A DNA stretch of 63,913 nucleotides, counting the filler, from Octopus bimaculoides (taxonomy: Eukaryota): the NCBI RefSeq assembly GCF_001194135.2. It is 5 parts of 5 records of this genome, joined end to end, with 100 filler letters (N's around TTAATTAATTAA, not from the genome) between each part and the next. Parts side by side here need not be neighbours in the genome. Positions count along the whole stretch, not along the records: positions 38,818 to 54,756 come from NC_068987.1; positions 54,857 to 62,608 come from NC_069006.1; positions 62,709 to 63,913 come from NW_026407336.1; 2 more parts are not named here. One strand, 5' to 3'. The position numbers and the translations under genes were made by a program. Of the stretch, positions 52,035-63,138 are shown piece by piece (positions within the stretch are counted from its first letter, which is position 1; each line of letters opens with the position of its first letter). Under the pieces are notes generated by a model, which did no database searches, had not been told where the DNA came from, and was given only the letters and a program-made list of their open reading frames with translations.

Positions 52035-52130
52035 TCACAAAAAAAAACAAAAGATGAAGACTATTGGTGTAGACAACAAACAGATGTATTAGTTTAATGC
52101 TCGGGAAGTGAAAAAATCTTTAACGAAAGG
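52035..52130 (-). mobile_element. Penelope-terminus-like HHR family (copy 5, catalytic core missing)
   Basis: tctttaacg joined directly to aaagg, where other copies have tttcgagc..gctcttcaacag. Confidence 0.55.
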
Positions 52131-52252
52131 ATCATGACGAAGTAGCATCAGCACGACCTTTAATTCACATTTATATATAAATAGTCTCAAATAGACCTAC
52201 ATATGTTTCGACCTATTTTGAATACCTAACTGTGAGCAAACTGGTAAACGTG

Positions 52253-52283
<31 letters not shown>

Positions 52284-52339
52284 GCAAAGTAGATAGTTTT
52301 AAAATCTCTAAAAGAGATACAAGTAGTAACGATACTAAC

Positions 52340-52546
52340 ACGTAATGTCTGTTGCCACTTCAGTATGGCTGTTCCATACGGAACTGTGTTACAACATTTT
52401 AACCCCAGGAAAACATCCTTTCCAGCTGGTTCACGACACACAACTTATGTCTGATATATTGCGAGTAAGGGAGTGAACCACTCCCTAAAATGTAGTACCA
52501 CAGTTCCGTATGGAACAGCCACGTTGAAGTGGCAACAAACATTACG

Positions 52547-52547
<1 letters not shown>
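52340..52547. repeat. MITE-like foldback, arms about 62 bp
   Basis: 52340-52401 pairs with 52486-52547. Confidence 0.9.
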
Positions 52548-52606
<59 letters not shown>

Positions 52607-53874
52607 GTGCGTGCCCGGTTGTGTGCGTATACATACATATACATATAGGTCATGTGTATTTATTGCATGTAAACATGTAGATATAATATACATGCATGCA
52701 TACATACATAAACGCGCAGACGCATGCAGACGCATGCACACGCACGAACATACACGCACATATATGTATATATGCATGTGTATATATGAATGATGTATGC
52801 ACGTGTATATAAATGTTTTTTGTGTGTTTTTGCATGCGTGTGTATTTTTTTATTTTTTATTTGGTACTCTGAAATATACTTACACCCTTGAAATATATAT
52901 ATGCAGATTCTATGTTGAATTAATCGCGGCCCTAACGCTGACAAACGAACCGGAAAGTGTTGCCGTTGCTCTTCCAATGCGCGTCATTGATACCTGCGCT
53001 GTACTGACTAAAACTTAAGCTACATCCCGCAATTTTAATTTTACGGCAACACACTATAAATATACTTTGGCATTTTTAATATTTTTAGTTTTCATGTGTC
53101 TGGTTTAAAAATAATACTAGACGGCCTGCCTTTACAGAAAAGCTGGAGGAGAAATACTCTACATGCCAACAAATATTATACGTGGGTATTTTAATTTTAA
53201 CTACAGCATGATGTTAATTTTGTGAGAATTGATAACCTCTTTTGTACACAACATCACCTCATATTTCAAATATCACAACATATTTCAAAGGTTGTGCTTC
53301 GTAATGCTACAGCAATCGATAGCAACCCGATATATAATATCACAATATACAAAAGTATATTGAAGCTTTTGTATCTTCAAAATATGGTCAAAAATTTCGA
53401 TAGTGGCGCAGTTTTGTGTAAGATAATACGTTTGCTTCAAACTTCTACAAGTTACGTTTTAATGCGTGGTTGCCTCAAATTTCAACAAATTATGCGTTCA
53501 TACGCGGTAAAGTATAGTTAAAACAGTATACAACACCAACAATGTCCGATACATTGGTATACATTAACATCAGTATACAATACTGCAGACTGCACTGGCG
53601 AAAATATAAAAATATAAAAAATATAGCTGACCCTCAATTCATTTACACATTTCAACACAAGACATTGGTGAAACATTCTCATCAGGACAACAAATCATTC
53701 CCCTGAGACAAACTCAGAGAACCTGAAGTCAAGGGTTCGATACCACTCCGTAGCACCATAAGCATTCATATAAGTTATATGGTGTAATTCCAGTTTCTTC
53801 TTGACTTAGGACAAATATAGGTAAAAAATTATTCCTAGACCTCATGCATAAGCCTTTTCTTGATAGCCATAGAT

Positions 53875-54335
53875 ATAAAAAATCTTTAATAGATGTTCCA
53901 TGCAAATTTCCTACAACAGCAGCCGTAATATGAAAAACATCATTTTACGTAAATCAATGAAGACGTTCACTCCAGATTGAAACTGTAGGATTTCACATAC
54001 ATGCTCATTAGACCAAGCATGCATGGTTAGCTCAGTGGAGTTCACCTCCGATCTGCCATTTAAAATATCCGAAAGAAAAAGTATTGGACTATGCGAAAGT
54101 GACTTGAAAAACACAAAGCTAGCAAGCCATATCTGGAAGCTGAAGGACAGCTGTATATTACACACCATTAAGTGAAGCATCCAAGGAAGGTCTAGGCCAC
54201 ACATCAACGGGTCAAAAGAGTGTATTCTGTATAGACTAAAAGCACATACCCTTATTAGATTGAAAAACGGGGCTTACCTTCAAAACCCGAGGTCAAAATT
54301 CTCTATAAGACGTAAGCATCTCGACAAGTTTCATC
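53875..54335 (+). mobile_element. Penelope-like element C-terminus (GIY-YIG region), decayed
   Basis: IFNRCSMQISYN..NMKNII...NCR...CSLDQAC...SIGLCE..KLASHIWKLK...IK*SI...C.L...LQNPRSKF..RKH. Confidence 0.8.
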
Positions 54336-54529
54336 CATATACCTCGTTCATCCCTCACACAGTTAGATACACAGGTTAGCACACTTTCGCCCTTCCTCCG
54401 TTCGACTACCTCCACTTAGCATTTTTGTTTTAGTTAAAACGCATTAAACACAATAATATTCTTCATTTAATGATTAAAGGGACATAACCTAGATTTCACT
54501 AATGGAAGTATCAGTTCCTTTGGAACATT

Positions 54530-54730
54530 TACTCTTTTACACTTTTACTTGTTTCAGTCATTTGACTGTGGCCATGCTGAAGCACCGCCTTTAGTCGAGC
54601 AAATCGACCGCAGGACTTTTGTAAGCCTAGTACTTATTCTATCGTTCTTTTTTGCCGAACCGCTAAGTCACGGGGACGTAAACACACCAACATCGGTTGT
54701 CAAGCGACGTTGGTGGGACAAACACAGACA
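54530..54730 (-). mobile_element. SINE family A, 3' half
   Basis: Reverse-complement body running into (CA)n and a gap. Confidence 0.85.
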
Positions 54731-55472
54731 CACACACACACACACACACACACACANNNNNNNNNNNNNNNNNNNNNNNNNNNNNNNNNNNNNNNNNNNN
54801 TTAATTAATTAANNNNNNNNNNNNNNNNNNNNNNNNNNNNNNNNNNNNNNNNNNNNCTATGTATATGTCTCTTCCTTTCCATTGTATACTGTGTATACCT
54901 AACTTTCTTTTTCGCTATCATTTCATTATATGTAAACCCCCGCACCTTGTGTTTGTTTTTGGATTGTCCCCCCCCCCTCATCCTTCGCCCTGGTGGCAAA
55001 TAAATGAAATCATTGTTATTATCATTGTCGTCGTCATTGTTGTTGTTGTTGTTGTTGTTGTTGCAGTTGTTGTTGTTGTTGTTGTTGTTGATCTATTGAC
55101 AGAAACAGAAAAGAGAGAAATTAGTGTGATTGTGTGTTCTTGAATGGGTGTGAATGAGACCGAGTTTTGTTTTGGTTGGTTGAAAGAGAAATGACAAAAC
55201 ATAGCGGAGATTACGTCACGACTCAGCTGACATCCGTGTACGCGCACACATAAACAAACACACACACATACATACACACACACACACACACACATATTCT
55301 CACTTATATAAATATATATCTCGCCTCATGCATACATATATATACCTAATTAACACAACTTCACCCATACACACTCACCTAATCACACACGTATATATGT
55401 ATAGATACGTACCTACATAGAGATATGTGCATTTACATATGTGCACAATAGTATACTTGTATATACATGCAT

Positions 55473-55515
<43 letters not shown>

Positions 55516-55799
55516 TATTGTGTAATATTCTCCGTTTTTTCCGTCCTTGTTCCTTGTTTTCGTATACATTCGCTTTCTTCCAAAGAATCTAATGCCCTTA
55601 GCTTAGTTTTTCCTTGGGGTTGGCCAAACTGGAGCAATCTCGTGTATAACCAGCCGAAATTGAAAAGATAATCTGGAACTCGACTGAGGAAAGAAAACTC
55701 CGAATGACCCGTCCTTGTTTTCTTTGTATCGTCTATCTGGATGTTTTGTTGTCCCTTTTTGTATCACCTAACTGTCTGGATGTTTTGCGTTTTTATCCC

Positions 55800-55837
<38 letters not shown>

Positions 55838-55858
55838 GGATAGATAGATAGATAGATG

Positions 55859-55890
<32 letters not shown>

Positions 55891-55959
55891 CACATATACA
55901 TACATAGAAGTTTTTCTGGGACAAAATATTACAGCTAACGCCCTTCTATATTTATATAT

Positions 55960-56880
55960 ACATTTTTTACGGCAACCACATCAGTGGCAGGCCTTAAAAT
56001 CGTTCCTTCCGTCCGTAGACTCGGATGGCACTTTGGGAAAGTGTTAGTAACACCTTAGCTTCCCGTTCCAGGGAAACGATGAAGACGTCGGCAGCAGGAT
56101 GTTGAATAAACGATAACGTTCGAAATCAACAGCGGCTTATAGCGGCCAAGCGGAAGATCCGTCCCATCAGACAATGTTGGGCGTCAACTAGCAAGTGAGT
56201 TGCTACTGCGAGAGGCTTCATTGTCAAACATGCTCCTTGCACTCTCATACACCACTTGGTACATGGCGTGGAGGCCCGGAAGAGATGTCTGGTGAGGGGA
56301 CAATGCCAACTGTCTTACTCAGCGTCCAACTGTTTTGTATAGCTTCTCCATCGCGTCAAGTAACTTCGCTGGCAGCAGATCAAGAATAGGCCATGTAGCC
56401 CACATGTGAACCTTCCGGCGATGGTTTCTGAACAGTCAACGTCGACCTACGACGGATCATATGTTTTTAAGGCATCGTTATTTTAATCTAATGTTGTTCC
56501 AAAGTGTGTATATTGGTATAACTTAAGCCTGACCAGTCTTAGGGAGATCGGAGGGCAACGACTCGATGTCACAGACGAGGTGATAGTGACTGTAGCAATA
56601 TATGTCCTTGGCAACAAATCAGGCATTTAGCAAATTGGGCTGATCAATGGTTCCTCCATCCACTGCCCAGCCTGAATCTAACGCCTTGCGACTTCCAACT
56701 GCAGTAATGAAGGGCAGTCTTTGGTGAAGACAATTTGGCGACAAAGATGAGGTGAAAGTGACTCTAAAAAACTGGATAAAACAATGGTTATACCGGTATT
56801 TTTTCAAAGAGGATTCGTGAGATGGGTTCAACGATTACACAAATACGTTGTTTGTGGCTGAAACTATGTTGTGTGGTGCC
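55960..56880 (+). mobile_element. Heavily decayed mariner
   Basis: C-terminal DEVKVTLKNWIKQ..FFQRGF..WVQRLHKYV..NYV resembles the mariner tail; upstream segment poorly readable. Confidence 0.55.
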
Positions 56881-57928
56881 GTTGTGTAGAGGAAGATTTG
56901 TTATCCCAACGTGGGCAATCTGAGCGATTTGTGTCTGTTAATAAGAGTTTAAACGCAATTTTGCATTAGTTCTAGTGTAATCCTTGTGGTGGCCACGATA
57001 GCGGTGAGTCGGGAAGCAAAACAACCATAACAATATCAGCAACACTATTAACATTAACAATAATAACAACAACAACAACAACAACAACAATAACAAGGAA
57101 TACAATTACAACAAATCAACAGTAATAACAACAGCAATAACAACAAAAACAACGACGACGACGAACGTGATAATGATGGTGGTGGCGATGGTGGCGATAA
57201 TGATAGTAATGACCATGATGATAACGATGATAATGATTGTGGTGGTGGTGGTGGTGGTNNNNNNNNNNNNNNNNNNNNNNNNNNNNNNNNNNNNNNNNNN
57301 NNNNNNNNNNNNNNNNNNNNNNNNNNNNNNNNNNNNNNNNNNNNNNNNNNNNNNNNNNNNNNNNNNNNNNNNNNNNNNNNNNNNNNNNNNNNNNNNNNNN
57401 NNNNNNNNNNNNNNNNNNNNNNNNNNNNNNNNNNNNNNNNNNNNNNNNNNNNNNNNNNNNNNNNNNNNNNNNNNNNNNNNNNNNNNNNNNNNNNNNNNNN
57501 NNNNNNNNNNNNNNNNNNNNNNNNNNNNNNNNNNNNNNNNNNNNNNNNNNNNNNNNNNNNNNNNNNNNNNNNNNNNNNNNNNNNNNNNNNNNNNNNNNNN
57601 NNNNNNNNNNNNNNNNNNNNNNNNNNNNNNNNNNNNNNNNNNNNNNNNNNNNNNNNNNNNNNNNNNNNNNNNNNNNNNNNNNNNNNNNNNNNNNNNNNNN
57701 NNNNNNNNNNNNNNNNNNNNNNNNNNNNNNNNNNNNNNNNNNNNNNNNNNNNNNNNNNNNNNNNNNNNNNNNNNNNNNNNNNNNNNNNNNNNNNNNNNNN
57801 NNNNNNNNNNNNNNNNNNNNNNNNNNNNNNNNNNNNNNNNNNNNNNNNNNNNNNNNNNNNNNNNNNNNNNNNNNNNNNNNNNNNNNNNNNNNNNNNNNNN
57901 NNNNNNNNNNNNNNNNNNNNNNNNNNNN

Positions 57929-57960
<32 letters not shown>

Positions 57961-59124
57961 TATACATATGGTGATGTTAGTCTGTGTATGGGTGTGTGTT
58001 CATATATATATATATATATATGCGCACATATTTGTGTTTGTGTGTGCATGTATATATGTGTGTCTGTGTGAACATTTGTGTGAGCGTTTGTGTTTTTGTA
58101 TGCATGTATGTGATTACAAATGCGTATTTAAGTGTGTTGCACGAGTGCGTGCATGCGTATATATGTGTATGTAGTGTATGTGTGCATGTATGCGCGGAGA
58201 CGTTTCGTGATGTCAATGAGGTTGGTGCGTGTGAGCATCAATGAGGTCGCGAAAACAAATTTTCTCTATTTTAAAATCAGTTTGTTTTCCGTGGGGGGAT
58301 AAACATTATCGGATAGCCCTGACATCAGCATGTGACCTATCCGTGACCTACATGTGATCTGAATATTCTGATAGTAAATACAAATCTAACCTATCACAAG
58401 TAATACATATGTATCCAGTACAAAGGATGGTGATTACAATTATACTGTATCTTCTCTTAAAAGTAACATAGACACTGATAGAATGAATACGGCTTCTTAT
58501 GACAACAAGCTTAATTGTATGTGTAACTGTAGGAACCGTGATAAATGTCCTTTAGATAACAAGTTTCTGGAGAAATAATTTAATATATTAGTCCTCCATT
58601 AAAACACCTGATAAAGTTCGTTGTTATATATGCAATACTGCTGCTACATTCAAAACCAGATTACATAACTATGCTCACTGTTTTTAATACTAAAGAAAAC
58701 AGCACATTTCTGGTTAAATTCATCTGGTACTTCTAGTGGGAAATTATAGACAACTCAGTTTCTTGTTCAATTATAGATTGTGCTCTTCCATACAGGAAGG
58801 GTGGCGTTAGCAGTTATTTGTGCTCGGCAGAGGCGTTGTAAATCCTCAAATTGTAGATCTAATTTAATTAATGAACGTGACGCGTTATTAATCGGTTTCT
58901 CACACTTAACTGATAAAACTTTCTTAAAATTTCCACGTAAAAATTCCACATTGACAACTTATCTGAATTCAACGCAGACTACGCTTTCAATGTTTTTAGA
59001 TAAAGTTTTCAAAAGTAACCCAATNNNNNNNNNNNNNNNNNNNNNNNNNNNNNNNNNNNNNNNNNNNNNNNNNNNNNNNNNNNNNNNNNNNNNNNNNNNN
59101 NNNNNNNNNNNNNNNNNNNNNNNN

Positions 59125-59160
<36 letters not shown>

Positions 59161-60371
59161 GAGTATGTAGTGTTTTACTATTAACTTTTGAATGATGAAA
59201 TGATGTCTTTCACTCATAAAAATATTAGTTAAATTAATTTCAATCATGTTTTGTTTTGGAAAAATTTTATAAGGCTTGAACTTTCATTATAGTAGTATTT
59301 ATGGAAGACCGGTGGGATTATTTTTTATATGGACTTAAAGATAGGTCGCAATTTAGCATAAATTAGTTATTGTGGTTTACTATTAATACGGATACAATGT
59401 ACATTGGTTTCAATGTCTCTTTGTTGTAGTTTTATTAAAGTTAATGTTTAATCCTGCCTATATAATGATCGATTGAAATAATGTGGTTATTAAGCTTTTA
59501 CTTTTATCTTATATTATGGAAGATGGTAGGGATTATAATTTTTGTATGACTTAATAGAGTTGTCGATATTTAATTACGTATTTAGGAGCGGTTATAATTT
59601 ACTTGTTTGAAAGTTGTGATTTGATTTCCTCAAACTACACTTACTTTAGTGCTGTTGACAACGCCAGATTGAATGGTACTGTCCAGGTGTCGAAACTATA
59701 ATGATATCCGTGGGGCAGCTGATGATGGACGTATGTTAGATTGTTGGTATGGCTGTGAAATAGTATTATAACACATTCTTTTGATATATATATATATCTC
59801 AGGGACGTGCCGCCTAGGTATACAAGGTAGGCAATGCCTACCTTAAATAAAATAGATCGATAGCAACATTTTCCTTTTATGGCAAAATATGCATCTAATT
59901 CAATAAAATTATGAAGGTTAGTCTGATTACTATGCATAAAATGCAAAATATATAATTTTTTTGAAGATTACGTAGACATAATTCCCCCCCTGCTTTTCAA
60001 TCTCAGTATCTAAGCTATGCATAATAATGCTGTAGTACACATGTTGCATACACTCCTACAACACCGATTTTTTTACGTTGAAATAAGTTGAAGTAAGTCT
60101 GCCTTCAACTCAGTCGCGCGCCTGTATTGGGCTTATTTTTTGTGTGTTTTACAACATAATGGTCACCAACTGCCTACCCCGAGTAATTACTGATACATAC
60201 ATACATACACACACACACATACATACATACATACATATATATANNNNNNNNNNCCGTATTCCTAGGATGATTACAGTGTAGTCCATTGTATCTGTGTAAT
60301 ATTACTCAACCGATCATCACACTGGTCAAAAGGGATAATCATCCCTCTGTTTAAACATCCACTAATGTTAT

Positions 60372-60505
60372 ATCGCCTGAAGAAATGAATCCATGAAGAT
60401 GATCAACCCAACGCCCACGGATACTATTGACTACACTGTAATCATCTCAAGAATACGGACTGCGATCATGAGAGACACGTGACTTGCAGAAACGCGCGTA
60501 GCGAT
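60372..60505 (+). ncRNA. Type I HHR motif, canonical core, 105-nt helix II insertion
   Basis: ATCGC-CTGAAGA-[105 nt]-GAAA-C-GCGC-GTA-GCGAT; perfect helix I, palindromic ACGCGCGT helix III, GUA site after 60500. Confidence 0.65.
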
Positions 60506-60714
60506 GCAGTTAATGGTTATTAATTCTATTCAAGGATTATTGTTATTATTGCAATATTTATCCTACATTATATCGGTACAGCCCGATGCAACCCCAAAAA
60601 GTGTTTCACCAGTCGGTACCATTAAACTGTGTCCGGCATAATGGGATAGGAAATATATTTGCATATTCAAAACGTTTCCCATAAACAAATTTAAAAGTTA
60701 TATGTGCGCGCGCG

Positions 60715-60915
60715 CGTGAAGGTCTCCCACCTCTGATTGACAACCGGTATTAGCTTGCTTACGTTCACGAGAAATCTTGTGGTTCGGCAAAAACGACCGA
60801 TAGAATAAGTATCAGGTTTAAACAGAAACTTAAGTACTGCAGTTGATTGGTTCAACCGAACCTTTTAATGCGGTTCTCCAGCATGGGCGCAGCCCAATGA
60901 CTGGAACAAGTAAAA
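60715..60915 (+). mobile_element. SINE family A, 3' half, decayed
   Basis: ggttcggcaaaa...gatagaataagta...ccagcatgg...tgactggaacaagtaaaag. Confidence 0.75.
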
Positions 60916-61339
60916 GATTACAGATGTAAGATAAATACATAATTACAGGCCATAAATGAAATTGTAACTACCTATAAAATATTCTAGACGTTTCGCCAAT
61001 GGCATGTCGCTTAAACATCAGCAATTCTTGTAGATGTGATCTTTGGTTATTTTCACCGATGATTGAGAGGAATTTTCTACAAGGCTTATTTTTATTTATT
61101 CTTATCTAATATTAGCAGAAATCTTAGTTCTAACAGAAAAATAATAAAAGCTTCTAGCAAGTTTCTCTTGGAATATGTATTTATCTGATTTGCCAATTTT
61201 ACTCAATTATCTGCCGTGTTTATGTCGTTTAGTATCAGTTTATATGAGGATTAGATAAAAAAACAAAAATCCTATATTTTTGTGAAGATAAAAAAATGGA
61301 AGTATTTTAGAGTTTAGACAAAATCGTAAGAGTTATATT

Positions 61340-61704
61340 TTGAGTCAAAAATATGAGTCATATCTTAAAGCATAGATTATACATGAGTCATGTTTTAAGG
61401 AATGAATATGTGTGTTTGAATACACAAAAATACGATGGCATGTTTGAAAGACATAAAGGCGAAAGTTGTACCTTATGGTATAGATACAAGGCATATCTTA
61501 CGACATAAATGATTGTCATATCCTAACACACAAATACGATTTCCTTTTTTGAAGACACAAAGGAATAGATATAAGGCATGTCTTAAGACAAATGATTGTC
61601 ATATTTAAAACAAATACGATTTCATGTTTGAAGACATAAAGGCGAAAGTTGTACATTAATTTATCCATATAAGACATGTCTTAAGACAAATGTGTGTCAT
61701 ATCT

Positions 61705-61710
<6 letters not shown>
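61340..61710. repeat. Hierarchical minisatellite (subunits of about 25-28 bp within units of about 80-100 bp)
   Basis: aaatacgat..catgtttgaagacataaagg and gtcatatctta repeated. Confidence 0.8.
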
Positions 61711-61765
<55 letters not shown>

Positions 61766-61849
61766 TACAATGCTAATGAATCTGTTGCAGCGAGCGTGGA
61801 AATAAGGAACCGCAATACGGATCTCATACATGGCAAAATGTATCTTTTA

Positions 61850-62270
61850 TATTTCACATGTTTCAGTCATTGAACTGCAGCCATGCTGGGGCAGCACCTT
61901 GAAGAAATTTAGTCGAATGATTCGACCTTATTCTTTTATTCTTTTACTCTTTTACTTGTTTCAGTCATTTTACCGCCTTTAGTCGAACAAATCGACCCTT
62001 TGTGAGCCTAGTACCTATTCCATCGGTCTCTTTTGCCGAACTGCGAAGTTACGGGGACGTAAGCACACCAGTATTGGTTGTTAAGCGATGTTGGTGGGTG
62101 GGACAAACACATACTCACACACATATTTTTATAGGACGGGCTTCTTTCAGTTTCCGTCTACCAAATCCACTCACAAGGCTTTGGCCGGCCCGAGGCTATA
62201 GTAGAAGACACTTGGAACTGAACTCGGAACCATGTTGTTGGTAAGCAAGCCTCTTATCACACAGTCCTGC
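61850..62270 (-). mobile_element. SINE family A with duplicated 3' end
   Basis: Two tgtttcagtcatt termini (about 61858 and 61957), then a full body to the head. Confidence 0.8.
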
Positions 62271-62404
62271 TGTGCTTATCCTAGTACATTTTTGAGGCCA
62301 GGTACTTATTCCATGGGTCGGTTTTACGGGTACTGAAGAACATCAGTATCGATTGTCAAACGGTGGTGGGAGACAAAAACAGATACAAAAACCAACCCTC
62401 ATAA

Positions 62405-62608
62405 ATATACCGGGTGATTAAAAAGTAAATCCCTATATTAAAATAATCATTAATTATTTACTAATTGTAATTATTGATCAAACTTTTCGTGTTTGTTTTT
62501 TGAAGTATAAATAAGACCTCATACTAAAAGTTTTCCACTCAGAGTCATTTTTAAGTAAAAATTACAATTAATAAATAATTTATAAGTATTTTAAAATAGG
62601 GAGTTACT
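62405..62608. mobile_element. Tc1/mariner-type MITE, right TIR cut by a gap
   Basis: tataccgggtgattaaaaagtaaatccctatattaaaata vs tattttaaaatagggagttact. Confidence 0.7.
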
Positions 62609-62708
62609 NNNNNNNNNNNNNNNNNNNNNNNNNNNNNNNNNNNNNNNNNNNNTTAATTAATTAANNNNNNNNNNNNNNNNNNNNNNNNNNNNNNNNNNNN
62701 NNNNNNNN

Positions 62709-62970
62709 AACCACATGGTTCCAGGTTCAATCCCACTGCATAGCACCTTGGGCAAGTGTCTAATACTATAGCACTGTGCTAACCAAAGCCATGTCAGTAG
62801 ATTTGGTTGACTGAAACTGAAAGATGTCTGTCCTATATATATATATATGTGTATATAGGCACCAGGCATACAAAGAATGAGTTGAGGGGGTCAATTTCTT
62901 CAATTAAAAGGCAGTGCTCCAGCATGGCCACACTAAAATGACTGAAACAGGTAACAGAGTACAAGAGTAA
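62709..62970 (+). mobile_element. SINE family A, internally deleted
   Basis: 5' half plus ggcagtgctccagcatggcc...tgactgaaacag tail. Confidence 0.75.
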
Positions 62971-63138
62971 TATATATATATATATATATATTAATATATA
63001 GTATTAGGGAAAAGAACCAAGGTTTATGAATTCATCGATGAAAATCCACTGTCACATATAGAAATAATTTATATTAAAAGTATAATAAATAAGTATAATA
63101 TAATGCAAAGTAAATATCATAAGATCAAGATAATAAAA

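Noticed and set aside
53712-53758. tRNA gene (ggttcgatacc T-loop, ...gcacca)
   Set aside because: Only a 3' half; no D-arm or acceptor pairing.
55676-55715. CTGAGGA...CGAATGACCCGTC as an HHR
   Set aside because: GAAA is broken and there is no helix I.
58767-58949. LQRLCRAQI as a SOCS box exon
   Set aside because: Short motif with an early stop and no convincing splice context.
61440-61475. TTGAAGA-CATAAAGGC-GAAA in the minisatellite as a tandem HHR
   Set aside because: No helix II pairing, and no NUH in register with helix I.
7240-62664. Four identical TTAATTAATTAA islands as a biological repeat or CRISPR-like array
   Set aside because: Always embedded in Ns; an assembly linker.
441-62869. 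Most ORFs in the supplied track (poly-H/T/Y/I/C/V/X)
   Set aside because: Translations of microsatellites, SINE antisense and N gaps; no domain content.
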